Shown: positions 1 to 9,745, numbered from the stretch's first letter. The stretch is DNA of 32,000 bases from Desulfotalea psychrophila LSv54 (GCF_000025945.1 NC_006138.1:2820001-2852000); one strand, 5' to 3'. Translations and numbers: made by a program. The notes: generated from the sequence alone by a model not told the origin.

Positions 1-1
1 G

Positions 2-1831
2 GCCTACGCCACCGCCTCCGCCTACGGCATAATTGGTGGGGTGGGAAGCAATGAGGGCAAGATGACCATCACGGCCACAGGCGGCAAGGCCAACGGTCAC
101 AGCTACATCTCCTCCTACGCCTTCGCCTCCGGCATAGAGGGTGATGTGGGAAAAAATAGTGGGGAAATGGAGATCAGGGCTGAGGGCGGCACGGCCACCA
201 CCACCGGCACCGGCACCACCAAGGCCTATGCAAGGGCCATTGGCATAGGCAGCTCTGCTGATCTCTACAATGAGGGGCAGCTAGAGGTGATGGCCCGGGC
301 GGGACGATATTCCACCGATGGCGGAACAACGTATCAGAGTGATTCTGCCAGGGCCGTGGGTATTTCTTTTTCAGGGGAGGCAGAACTTGACTCCCGTGCT
401 CTTATTTCAGTGAGCGCCCTGCCGGCACAGGATGAGGCGGGTAAGGCAATAGCCTTAGGCACTGGCAAGACTCTCCACGCCTATCAAGTCTATAGCGGGG
501 AAGACTTAAGCATAAAGGGCTATGCCATGAAGTTTAATAATCAGGCGCAGGTTACTGCTGATTATAAGGGAACTATTGGCGTTGCCGAGGGCAAAAGAGT
601 CACCTTTGCCCCCGATGCACAAGTCTATGCCTTCACCGATAATGATTTTGGCAAGGTGCCCAATTACAGCATACCTATGTTGGTTGAGGGGGAGACTCGC
701 AGATATAATCAATTCTCCGCGGCCCAGCTTGTCGTCAGTAGCCCGGACTATAGTATATCTTTGCTTGACAGTAATGGCGGAACACTTCAAAGGCTGGCCA
801 TAAAGTATACTCCCGAGGTTTCCACTCCTCTGGTCTCAGCACAGGTCAATCAAAAGATGCTGGCCAGTGGCACCACCATTGTAACGAACAACTCTTTATC
901 GCCTATGCTTGCCATGATGGACAGGAGCAATCCTCAAACTTCGGCCTACGACGGTGTTCTTCTTGCCAGCACATCACCTGTCCTGGCTGTCCCTGATATG
1001 GAGATTTTACCCCAAAAAAGGGGCTGGGCCTTTGCCATGCCCTATTATAGTAATGTGAGTAACAATGCCTCGCCCATGGGCTATGATGCCGATATTTATG
1101 GGGCCACGGCTGGATATAACCACTGGATAGACTCTGATCTCATCCTTGGTTTTCATGCTGGTTATGGTTCCGGTGATATTAATTATACGGGCAAGGGCTA
1201 TGAGCAGAAGAAGGAGAATCTTAAGGCTGGATCCCTCGGGGTGCAAAGCCTGTATCGTTTTGCTGATGACTGGTTGTTACAGAGCATAGCCTCCTTTTAT
1301 TATAGCAGTAACGATTATAGCGATAATAACCCGCTCAACCGGGAGCAGGGCGACTACCATGGCTACGGGGTGAATGCCAATCTTGACCTTGACTATGTCT
1401 TTAGTTTTACCAATAATCGTCTGGTACCCAGTGTAGGCCTGCGCTATCTCTGGCAGCACGTCGATAGCTATACCGCTTATAATCTGGACAACGCCGACAT
1501 TCACTACGGTGATATGGATGAAAATCAGCTCTATGCCAACCTGGGTCTTGATTGGTACGGTGATTACCAAACGGAATCAAATTGGCAGATAGTGCCCAGT
1601 CTCGGCCTGGGCATCGAGCAGGCCCTCACCGATAACAAATTTGGCAACAGCATGGGAGTGGGCAGTATCATCATTCCGGTGACAAACTCAATGGATAAGA
1701 CCTCTGTCTCCGCCCGGGCCTCCATTGAGTTTGTTAAGGATTCCTATGCGCTGAGCGCTGGATATGCTGGAGCCTATTCGAATGACACCAAGAACAGCTC
1801 CTTCTATCTGCAGATGAAGTATTTCTTTTAA
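2..1831 (+). CDS. Autotransporter / outer-membrane adhesin, C-terminal part (5' end outside window)
   Basis: The frame is open from base 2 (AYATASAYGIIGGVGSNEG...). N-terminal part carries degenerate ~40-aa repeats (NEGKMTITATGG..., NSGEMEIRAEGG..., NEGQLEVMARAG...). The C-terminal ~280 aa are amphipathic beta-strands ending in the aromatic residue F (LQMKYFF*), typical of an autotransporter beta-barrel. Confidence 0.85.
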   Translation, partial: AYATASAYGIIGGVGSNEGKMTITATGGKANGHSYISSYAFASGIEGDVGKNSGEMEIRAEGGTATTTGTGTTKAYARAIGIGSSADLYNEGQLEVMARAGRYSTDGGTTYQSDSARAVGISFSGEAELDSRALISVSALPAQDEAGKAIALGTGKTLHAYQVYSGEDLSIKGYAMKFNNQAQVTADYKGTIGVAEGKRVTFAPDAQVYAFTDNDFGKVPNYSIPMLVEGETRRYNQFSAAQLVVSSPDYSISLLDSNGGTLQRLAIKYTPEVSTPLVSAQVNQKMLASGTTIVTNNSLSPMLAMMDRSNPQTSAYDGVLLASTSPVLAVPDMEILPQKRGWAFAMPYYSNVSNNASPMGYDADIYGATAGYNHWIDSDLILGFHAGYGSGDINYTGKGYEQKKENLKAGSLGVQSLYRFADDWLLQSIASFYYSSNDYSDNNPLNREQGDYHGYGVNANLDLDYVFSFTNNRLVPSVGLRYLWQHVDSYTAYNLDNADIHYGDMDENQLYANLGLDWYGDYQTESNWQIVPSLGLGIEQALTDNKFGNSMGVGSIIIPVTNSMDKTSVSARASIEFVKDSYALSAGYAGAYSNDTKNSSFYLQMKYFF

Positions 1832-1857
1832 AAAGGGCCAGCTTAAGGATTGGTTGC

Positions 1858-1886
1858 TCCGGTGATTATCAGACGAAATCACCGGA
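1858..1886. terminator. Possible bidirectional terminator/hairpin between convergent genes
   Basis: Perfect 10-bp inverted repeat TCCGGTGATT-(9 nt)-AATCACCGGA between the convergent autotransporter and gpmI stops. The U-tract is weak on both strands. Confidence 0.45.
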
Positions 1887-1893
1887 AGCGCTT

Positions 1894-3519
1894 CTACTTA
1901 AGCTTGAGCAGACTCGGTTCATAGTCTGTAGGTGGATTAAAGCCCAGAAGCAGACAGAGGGTGGCCGCCACATTGGCAAGGCCTCGCTCTGCCAGATCGG
2001 TCAGGACAAAATCGTTTTGGCCACTGAAATCCTTAATAATGCAGGGTACGGGATTAAGGGTATGGGCCACCATGGGCAATCGTTTTCCACCCTTTTCCGT
2101 CCACATGCAATCGGCATTTCCATGATCGGCGCTGATCACGACAATACCACCTGCTTTTTCCACCGCCGGTAACAGACGGGCAAGACAGAGATCCACCGCC
2201 TCAACAGCAATTTCCACGGCCAGGGGAACACCGGTGTGACCCACCATGTCGGCATTAGGATAATTGAGGCGAATAAATTTCCGTTCGCCTGCCTCTATCT
2301 GTTCAATGACCTTATCTGTTATCTCGGCAGCCTTCATCCAAGGACGTTGATCAAAGGTCACCCTATCGGAGAGAACCTCTTCATAAAGCTCCAGCCCCTC
2401 ATCAATATAACCGGATTTATTACCATTCCAAAAATAGGTCATATGGCCGAACTTCTGGGTCTCAGAGATAGCATAGGAGGTCACCCCTGAAGCACAGAGA
2501 TAATCACCCAGAGTGGCATCTATCAGGGGGGGCTCCACCAAATAATTGCGAGGGATATGGGCATCACCATCGTACTCCATTATTCCCGCGTAGAAGACAT
2601 CCGGCCTGCGGACACGATCAAACTCCTGAAAGACCTCTTCATCAAAGGCCCGAGAAATCTCAATGGCCCGATCACCCCGAAAATTAAAGCAGACAACAGC
2701 ATCACCATCTTCAATGGTACCTACAGGGGTCTCCCCTTCTACCACAACAAAGGCTGCCATATACTGATCAGTCATGGTAGAATCTTCTCTATAAAATGTC
2801 TCTACCGCCTCCGAGGCCGACGAGAAAAAACGCCCCTCGCCAAGCACGTGGGCACGCCAGCCACGCTCGACCACGGACCAATCTGCCTTATACCTATCCA
2901 TGGTGGTCACCATTCGACCGCCGCCCGAGGCAATACGGTAATCCCTCCCCGAAACGGAGAGCGCCCGTAGTCTTTCTTCAAGTGGACGAATATAGTCCAG
3001 GGCGCTTTTTTGGGCGACATCACGACCATCAAGGAGGGCATGAACCCGAACCCGCTCTATTCCCGCCTCTGCACAGGCATCCAGTAGTTGAAAGAGTTGG
3101 CTTATATTGCTATGCACATTGCCATCGGAGACAAGACCGATAAAATGAACGGTGCCAGCCGACTCACCACATTCAACGATTTTTTGCCAAGCTGCACCGC
3201 TAAAGACATCCCCCCTGCTCAAGGCCTCATCAATAAGCTTTGCCCCCTGGACAAAAATCCTGCCAGCCCCCAGGGCATTGTGACCTACCTCTGAGTTCCC
3301 CATATCTGCATCGCTAGGCAGACCAACCGCTGTACCATGGGCCTTCAGGCTGGTGAAGAGTTTTTCCTGAAAGAGGCCATCAAGTGTCGGGGTATGAGCC
3401 GCATAAACACCATTCTGCTCTCCATCTTCACCAAGCCCCAAACCGTCCATAACAACCATGACGATAGGACCTGAAATTACTTTATAATTTTCAAGAGGGC
3501 TCAACTGTGTTACTGTCAT
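1894..3519 (-). CDS. gpmI: 2,3-bisphosphoglycerate-independent phosphoglycerate mutase
   Basis: 541 aa containing MDGLG, the DMGNSEVGHNALGAG metal/phosphoserine motif, HALLDGRDV, NYPNADMVGHTG and ISADHGNAD motifs. Confidence 0.95.
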   Translation of the reverse strand: MTVTQLSPLENYKVISGPIVMVVMDGLGLGEDGEQNGVYAAHTPTLDGLFQEKLFTSLKAHGTAVGLPSDADMGNSEVGHNALGAGRIFVQGAKLIDEALSRGDVFSGAAWQKIVECGESAGTVHFIGLVSDGNVHSNISQLFQLLDACAEAGIERVRVHALLDGRDVAQKSALDYIRPLEERLRALSVSGRDYRIASGGGRMVTTMDRYKADWSVVERGWRAHVLGEGRFFSSASEAVETFYREDSTMTDQYMAAFVVVEGETPVGTIEDGDAVVCFNFRGDRAIEISRAFDEEVFQEFDRVRRPDVFYAGIMEYDGDAHIPRNYLVEPPLIDATLGDYLCASGVTSYAISETQKFGHMTYFWNGNKSGYIDEGLELYEEVLSDRVTFDQRPWMKAAEITDKVIEQIEAGERKFIRLNYPNADMVGHTGVPLAVEIAVEAVDLCLARLLPAVEKAGGIVVISADHGNADCMWTEKGGKRLPMVAHTLNPVPCIIKDFSGQNDFVLTDLAERGLANVAATLCLLLGFNPPTDYEPSLLKLK

Positions 3520-3806
3520 TTATGGTTTCCTTTTGGTCGCTAAAGTTTTAAGCTATCATTATTTCTGATGGCAACGTGGATATTATTTTGATTTTAACCT
3601 GATATTAGTTTATACAAATAAATTCTACAGGCAAATAGAAAGGCTACCCGTTTACGCCTAGCTTAATGCGAAATCACTCAATATAAAATAATAATTTTAC
3701 AGCAACCAAGATAAGAGATTCGTCACAAGCCCCTATTAAAGATAAATTTGTTAGAAGCACACAGGAATGGCCCCCTGTTTCCCCAGGCAATAGGATAAAG
3801 TTTAAG

Positions 3807-4400
3807 ATGAAGCGATCCACCATCCCAAATATATTATTCCTGCTACCGGCGGATCAGCTCAGCCGCTACACAAGCCTGCTGCAGTCAGGAGCAATCGTCA
3901 CAACAAATACGGGAATAGGCCTCCAGGATTTTCTCTCTGCCCTGCCCGGCTTCAGCCACAAAGACAACGAAAAAATAGACACCATCTTCCTTGATGGAGT
4001 GCCCGTTGATGATCTTGGAAAAAAATTTAACAGACCAGCACACACCCTTGCCCTTTCAGCAGTCATGCCCGGTCTTGCCGCCGCCATCTTTCGTCGTAAC
4101 AGCATCCATTCTGCCCTGCGAAGCAGGATAGAGACAAGGGGAACGGAGGCGGCAGAGGGCATGAAGTGCACGGTGCGTCTGAAGCTCTTTAACACTATTG
4201 CCCGGGACTATGGTATCCTCCTCTTTAAGCAGGGCGTCTGCATGAACTCGGAGCCACTGCTCAAGACATTTTCCAGGCGTAAGATCCTGCTGGATAGAAT
4301 AGAAGAGATTCAGTACGAGAACAGAGTTATAGATGCCACAGAGCTCATTGCCCTGCTTGGTAAAAATCCTCAAATCTTCCTCCGTATACAAGGCATATGA
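3807..4400 (+). CDS. Uncharacterised protein, first gene of the Mo/W cofactor cluster
   Basis: 197-aa ORF. Its stop overlaps the moeA start (ATGA at 4397-4400), indicating translational coupling. No family recognised. Confidence 0.75.
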   Translation: MKRSTIPNILFLLPADQLSRYTSLLQSGAIVTTNTGIGLQDFLSALPGFSHKDNEKIDTIFLDGVPVDDLGKKFNRPAHTLALSAVMPGLAAAIFRRNSIHSALRSRIETRGTEAAEGMKCTVRLKLFNTIARDYGILLFKQGVCMNSEPLLKTFSRRKILLDRIEEIQYENRVIDATELIALLGKNPQIFLRIQGI

Positions 4401-5662
4401 TAGCTGAAACAAAGGACATGCTTGGCCGCAACAGGCTGACAGCTGTGGATCAGGCCCTACAAATATTTTTACAGCAACTTCCAACAGGAGTAATCGACAC
4501 CGAAACTATTACCCTTGAGGAGGCCCTTGACCGGGTAGTTGCCGGGGATATTATCGCCCGGGAAAACCTGCCTGCCATGTCCCGCTCCTGTATGGATGGT
4601 TATGCCCTCTCGGCCAGGGACAGCTACGGTGCCAGCGAATCAATGCCAGCCTATCTTGAAATTCAGGGCGAGGTCCTGATGGGAGAGGTGCCAAATGGCA
4701 GGGTTAAACAGGGCTGTTGCTATAAAATTCCGACGGGAGGCATTCTGCCTACGGGTAGCAACAGCGTGGTTATGTTCGAACACACCATCCCCGTCGACGA
4801 GACCTTGGTTGAAATTGTCAAGGGCGTAGGCGAAGGTGGCAACATTTCCCGCCCCGGTGAAGACATCGCTGCAGGAGCATGCGCCATAACAGCCGGCACC
4901 CGCCTCCGCCCCCAAGATCTTGGCCTGCTGGCAGGACTCGGTTTTGCCGAGGTGGAGGTCTATCGCCGACCACGCATAGCCATTCTCTCCACAGGAGACG
5001 AAATTATCAGCCATGAGCAACCCCTGCTCCCCGGCAAGATACGCAATATAAACTCCATTGCTCTGGCCGCGCAGGTACGCCGTCTCCATGCCACGGTTCA
5101 GCACTACGGGATTATTCCTGATAACTACGACCTCTTCCTCGCTACCATGAGAGAGGCTGTGCAGGAAAATGATATTGTCCTCTTCTCCGGCGGCAGCTCC
5201 GTTGGAGTGCGCGATCTCGGTGAAAAAATCATAGAGACCCTGGGACCTCCGGGCATCCTTATCCATGGAACGGCCCTAAAACCGGGCAAGCCCATCATCC
5301 TCGGCATGAGCGAAACAACAGCAGTTGTTGGTCTCCCCGGACATCCTGTCTCCGCCATGACCTGTTTTGATCTCTTTATTGCCCCAGCCATAAAGCAGCT
5401 CGCAGGCCAGCGCCGACAGAGAGGGCAGCAAGAGGCATCGGTTCCAGCTATTCTAACCAGAAACATAAACTCTGCCCCAGGCCGCCGGGATGTTGTCCGG
5501 GTTCAACTGGAGCAGAAAGGGGATGAGGTCTACGCCTCACCCGTGCTGGGCAAGTCAGGTTCCATCTCTGTCCTGGCAAGGGCCGATGGATATTTTTTTA
5601 TTGACGAGGCAAGCCAAGGTCATTCTGAAGGCGATAGAATTAAGGCATTTCTCTACCTCTAA
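4397..5662 (+). CDS. moeA: Molybdopterin molybdenumtransferase MoeA
   Basis: 421 aa with MSRSCMDGYALSARD, GGILPTGSNSVVMFE, TGDEI, FSGGSSVGVRD and GLPGHPVSAMTCFDLF motifs of MoeA/gephyrin E domain. Confidence 0.93.
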   Translation: MIAETKDMLGRNRLTAVDQALQIFLQQLPTGVIDTETITLEEALDRVVAGDIIARENLPAMSRSCMDGYALSARDSYGASESMPAYLEIQGEVLMGEVPNGRVKQGCCYKIPTGGILPTGSNSVVMFEHTIPVDETLVEIVKGVGEGGNISRPGEDIAAGACAITAGTRLRPQDLGLLAGLGFAEVEVYRRPRIAILSTGDEIISHEQPLLPGKIRNINSIALAAQVRRLHATVQHYGIIPDNYDLFLATMREAVQENDIVLFSGGSSVGVRDLGEKIIETLGPPGILIHGTALKPGKPIILGMSETTAVVGLPGHPVSAMTCFDLFIAPAIKQLAGQRRQRGQQEASVPAILTRNINSAPGRRDVVRVQLEQKGDEVYASPVLGKSGSISVLARADGYFFIDEASQGHSEGDRIKAFLYL

Positions 5663-5692
5663 TAGCATCTTATAGAAGATAAGGCATAACCA

Positions 5693-7627
5693 ATGGCTAC
5701 AGCAAAACGAAAAAACGTTTACCTCGAAAACAAGCCACTTGCAGAGGCAAAAGAACTCTGGAGCAGGGCACTCACAGAGTGTGGCTTCAGTGGCAGGATT
5801 CACAGTGAAATTATTGCAGTCGACGATGCCCGGGGCCGGATCAGCGCGGGAGCTGTTTTCGCCCGCAGATCATCGCCCTCCTATAACGCCGCAGCCATGG
5901 ACGGTATTGCCGTTCATTTTACCGACCTCTCCCAAGCAAGCGAAGCCGCTCCGACCACTCTGAGCCCGGAACAGTTTTCCCCGGTAAATACAGGCAATGC
6001 CATCAAAGAGAGCTACAACGCCGTGGTCATGATCGAGGATGTTCACCTCCGGACTGATGGCCAGGCAGAGGTAACTGCCCCTGCCACCCCTTGGCAACAT
6101 ATCCGCACTATTGGCGAAGACATTGTGGCAACGGAGCTGATCATACCGGAAGGTCAAGTCATCCGCCCCATTGACCTGGGGGCAATGTTGGCGGCAGGCG
6201 TCACAGAGATCGAGGTAATCCGCCCACCGCAAATAAAGATCATCCCCACGGGGACAGAACTCATTCAGCCCCATGAGAATCCACAAGCAGGTCAGATAAT
6301 AGAGTTTAACACAAGAATACTCGGCGGCTACCTAGAGGAGTGGGGGGCGACAGTTCAGCGCAACCTGCCCGTCCAAGACGATCCGAAAAAGCTGAGAGAG
6401 GCCCTATTGGCAGCTATTGCCGAACACGATATGGTCATCATCAACGCCGGAGCCTCGGCGGGGACCAAGGATTTCACCTCCTCGGTAATCGCAGAGTTGG
6501 GCACCTTAATTGTCCATGGAGTAGCCATAAAACCGGGTAAACCGGTTATGTTGGGCATCATCAAGGGAACACCGGTCGTTGGTCTCCCCGGCTACCCTAT
6601 CTCGGCCCTGCTTACCATGCGGGTCTTTGTCAGAGAGATGGTCGCAGCCTTCCTCAACCAGGCGACACCACAGCCTGACTATATTTATGCCACCATGTCC
6701 CGCCCCGTCCACTCCACCATGGGCGTTGATCAAATTGTCCGCATTACCTTGGGACGAGTGGGCGATAAGCTCATGGCAACACCCTCGGGCAAGGGGGCAG
6801 GGGCAGTTATGTCCTTTGCCAGGGCCGATGGCCTCCTCTCCCTGCCAACCGGCAGTGAGGGCGTCGGGGCAGGCGAACCGGTTCCCATTGAACTTTTACG
6901 ACCACAGACAGAGGTGGACTCAACCCTGGTCTGCATTGGCAGTCATGACAACATCCTTGACCTAATGGCCAACCAGATCCACGCCACTGGTAATACAACC
7001 CGGATATCCTCGGCCCACGTGGGTTCCATGGGCGGAATAATGGCCATTCGCAGAGGAGAGTCCCACTTTGGTGGTTGCCACCTGCTTGATGAAGAGACAG
7101 GAGAGTACAACATTCCCTTTATTAAAAGATTCCTAAGAGATATCCCTCTAGAACTGATCAACCTCTGCTACCGACAGCAAGGACTGATGGTGGCCAAGGG
7201 AAATCCATATGGCATTACCTCTTTTCAGGATCTGGTGGATAAAAACCTCCTCTTTATTAATCGCCAAAATGGGGCAGGCACCCGACTCCTTACCGACAAG
7301 ATCCTCCGGGAACAAAACATTTCCCCAGAAGATCTGAGTGGCTACGAACGCGAGGAGTACACCCATATGAGTGTAGCTGCAGCCGTAGCCAACGGCAGTG
7401 TCCAGGCAGGCATGGGCATCCGGGCAGCAGCCGAAGCCTTAGAATTAGATTTTATCTCCGTTGCCGAGGAGAGGTACGACCTCATCCTGCCAACGGCCTT
7501 TGCAAACGATCCTAAGATAATAACTTTGCTAGAAATGATTCGTGGCAGCGAGAAGTTTCATCATAGCATACTAGCCCTTGGGGGCTACAACCTGCGTGAC
7601 TGCGGGCGAGTTTTTTATCGCCAATAG
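5693..7627 (+). CDS. MoeA-like molybdopterin molybdotransferase fused to a C-terminal periplasmic-binding-protein-like domain
   Basis: 644 aa. Residues 1-~415 carry MoeA motifs (SPSYNAAAMDGIAV, MLAAGVTEIEV, PTGTELI, NAGASAGTKDFTS, GLPGYPISAL). The C-terminal ~220 aa (ICIGSHDNILDLMANQI... GSMGGIMAIRRGESHFGGCHLLDEETGEYN... NRQNGAGTRLL) resemble the PBP_like domain found with MoeA. Confidence 0.88.
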   Translation: MATAKRKNVYLENKPLAEAKELWSRALTECGFSGRIHSEIIAVDDARGRISAGAVFARRSSPSYNAAAMDGIAVHFTDLSQASEAAPTTLSPEQFSPVNTGNAIKESYNAVVMIEDVHLRTDGQAEVTAPATPWQHIRTIGEDIVATELIIPEGQVIRPIDLGAMLAAGVTEIEVIRPPQIKIIPTGTELIQPHENPQAGQIIEFNTRILGGYLEEWGATVQRNLPVQDDPKKLREALLAAIAEHDMVIINAGASAGTKDFTSSVIAELGTLIVHGVAIKPGKPVMLGIIKGTPVVGLPGYPISALLTMRVFVREMVAAFLNQATPQPDYIYATMSRPVHSTMGVDQIVRITLGRVGDKLMATPSGKGAGAVMSFARADGLLSLPTGSEGVGAGEPVPIELLRPQTEVDSTLVCIGSHDNILDLMANQIHATGNTTRISSAHVGSMGGIMAIRRGESHFGGCHLLDEETGEYNIPFIKRFLRDIPLELINLCYRQQGLMVAKGNPYGITSFQDLVDKNLLFINRQNGAGTRLLTDKILREQNISPEDLSGYEREEYTHMSVAAAVANGSVQAGMGIRAAAEALELDFISVAEERYDLILPTAFANDPKIITLLEMIRGSEKFHHSILALGGYNLRDCGRVFYRQ

Positions 7628-7707
7628 AGCAGTCGCGTCCACTCTGTACGCAGGCCAGCCCAACACTGGCAGGGTTCAGTTTTAACAAATACTTATGAGG
7701 AAATAAC

Positions 7708-9435
7708 ATGGCAGACAAAATTTTTCGCGTCAATATGGCCGATCTCAGCACCAAGATTGAAGATGTTCCCGAGGCCTGGATGGGACATGGTGGTCGTGGC
7801 CTTACTTCAACAATTGTGGCAGCCGAGGTAGTACCAACCTGTCACCCTCTGGGAGAGGACAATAAGATCGTTATTGCTCCGGGTCTTCTTTCCGGTACCA
7901 CCGCCTCTAACTCAGGACGTATCTCCGTTGGCGCCAAAAGTCCCCTGACTGGCACCATCAAAGAGTCCAATTCGGGTGGAACCGCTGCTCAGTTCCTGGC
8001 TCGTTGTGGTTGTAAGGCGATCATCATCGAAGGCCTGCCAAAGGGCGACGCCTGGTATAATCTTGCCGTAAGCCCTGAGGGTATTACCATCGCTGAAGAG
8101 AGCGAAGTTCTCGGCATGGGCAATATGGCAGCAATCAAAATCATCAAGGCACGTACCGATGATAAAATTGCTCTGATGCTCACCGGTCCTGCAGGCGAGA
8201 TGAAGATGTCCGCTGCCAATATTTCAATAACCGATCCCAGCAATGACATTCGCTCCTGTGGCCGTGGTGGCCTGGGTGCCGTTATGGGCTCCAAAAAAAT
8301 CAAGTTTATCACCATTAAGCCAGGTAAGAACAAGGTAGAAATCGCCAATCCTGAGGCATTTAATGCGGCAAACAGAGTTTTCACCAAGGCCCTCTCCAGC
8401 CACCCTGTAAGCCAGGCCCTTGGCCAATACGGTACCAACGTACTGGTGAACCTGATCAACGAATCCGGCGGTATGCCCACCAAGAACTTCACCGCGGGCC
8501 AGTACGCAGATCACGAGGCAATTTCCGGTGAGACCATGCACGACACCATCGTTGAACGTGGTGGTAAGCCAAAACATAACTGTCATCCAGGTTGTGTTAT
8601 TAACTGTTCTCAGCTCTACAACGATGCCGAGGGTAATAAACTTACCACCGGTTTTGAGTATGAAACCATCTGGGCCCTGGGCGCAGACTGTTCCATCAAC
8701 AACCTTGATGTTATCGCCAAGGCTGATCAAATCATGGATGATATCGGGGTGGACAGTATCGAGGTACCGGTAGCTATCGCCGTTGCCATGGAAGCTGGTG
8801 TCCTTGAATTTGGTGATGCGGCTGAAGTTTTACGCATCCTCACCGAAGAAGTTGCTAAGGGAACTCCTCTTGGCCGCATCATCGGTAATGGTGCCGGTTC
8901 TGTAGGTAAGGCCTATGGTGTTACCCGTGTGCCTGTTGTGAAAAACCAGGCCATTCCTGCCTACGATCCCCGTGCCATTAAGGGTATTGGTATCACCTAT
9001 GCGACCTCTACCCAGGGCGCAGATCACACCATGGGCTACACCATCGCCACCAATATCCTCGGGGTAGGTGGCTCATGTGATCCTCTCTCCAAAGAGGGTC
9101 AAATTGAACTCTCTCGCAACCTGCAGACGGCAACGGCCGCCATCGATTCCACCGGAATGTGTCTCTTTATCGCCTTTGCAGCCCTTGACGATGCAACCTG
9201 CCTTCCTGCCCTGATCGATCTCCTCAATGCCCGTTTTGGTATTTCTCTGGACGGCAATGATGTGGTTAACCTGGGACAGCATATCCTCAAAACCGAGAGG
9301 GCCTTCAACCAGGCCGCAGGTTTTACCAACAAGGACGACAGGCTTCCTGAGTTCTTTTACAAGGAGGCCCTGCCACCTCACAATGTAGTCTTTGATTTCA
9401 CCGGTGAAGAGATTGACTCTTTCTGGGACTTCTAG
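7708..9435 (+). CDS. Aldehyde:ferredoxin oxidoreductase family (tungsten/molybdenum bis-pterin enzyme)
   Basis: 575 aa with GRGLTSTIVAAEV, GRISVGAKSPLTGTIKESNSGG, SCGRGGLGAVMGSKKIK, NCHPGCVINCS cysteine cluster, FEYETIWALG and YATSTQGADHTMG. Confidence 0.92.
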   Translation: MADKIFRVNMADLSTKIEDVPEAWMGHGGRGLTSTIVAAEVVPTCHPLGEDNKIVIAPGLLSGTTASNSGRISVGAKSPLTGTIKESNSGGTAAQFLARCGCKAIIIEGLPKGDAWYNLAVSPEGITIAEESEVLGMGNMAAIKIIKARTDDKIALMLTGPAGEMKMSAANISITDPSNDIRSCGRGGLGAVMGSKKIKFITIKPGKNKVEIANPEAFNAANRVFTKALSSHPVSQALGQYGTNVLVNLINESGGMPTKNFTAGQYADHEAISGETMHDTIVERGGKPKHNCHPGCVINCSQLYNDAEGNKLTTGFEYETIWALGADCSINNLDVIAKADQIMDDIGVDSIEVPVAIAVAMEAGVLEFGDAAEVLRILTEEVAKGTPLGRIIGNGAGSVGKAYGVTRVPVVKNQAIPAYDPRAIKGIGITYATSTQGADHTMGYTIATNILGVGGSCDPLSKEGQIELSRNLQTATAAIDSTGMCLFIAFAALDDATCLPALIDLLNARFGISLDGNDVVNLGQHILKTERAFNQAAGFTNKDDRLPEFFYKEALPPHNVVFDFTGEEIDSFWDF

Positions 9436-9437
9436 AG

Positions 9438-9668
9438 ATGAACATTACATTTACAGTAAAACTTTTTGCCTATTTTAGAGACAATCGCTTTTTAAAAAGA
9501 GAGTGTGAATATCCAGAAGGCATCTCTGTAGGTGATATTGTAGCAGGCCTTGATATCGACTTCGATGAGGTGGGTGTCCTTATGATAAATTCGCGTCACT
9601 GTGAATTTACAAGTCAACCTAAGGCGGGTGACAACCTAGCCATCTTCCCCAAGGTTGGTGGCGGTTGA
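9438..9668 (+). CDS. MoaD/ThiS family sulfur-carrier-like protein
   Basis: 76 aa, MNITFTVKLFAYFRDNRF..., with a C-terminal di/tri-glycine tail (FPKVGGG*). Starts 2 nt after the AOR stop. Confidence 0.85.
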   Translation: MNITFTVKLFAYFRDNRFLKRECEYPEGISVGDIVAGLDIDFDEVGVLMINSRHCEFTSQPKAGDNLAIFPKVGGG

Positions 9669-9705
9669 GCACGACCTAGGCACCCGGATCCTACCAGACA
9701 GGCCT

Positions 9706-9745
9706 AACCCCCTTGGCAAAGCATCGCCCAGGGGGTTTTCTTGTT
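9706..9745 (+). terminator. Rho-independent terminator closing the moeA-AOR-moaD cluster
   Basis: AACCCCCT ... AGGGGGTT stem (9706-9713 / 9730-9737, with extra GG/CC pairs inside) followed by TTTTCTTGTT. Confidence 0.85.

Noticed and set aside
1894-3519. Multiple long ORFs opposite gpmI (e.g. 2557..2970, 2796..3143)
   Set aside because: Shadow ORFs opposite an unambiguous gpmI coding sequence. The same logic excludes the antisense/alternate-frame ORFs over moeA, AOR, uvrC, pruA, thiC and purC.
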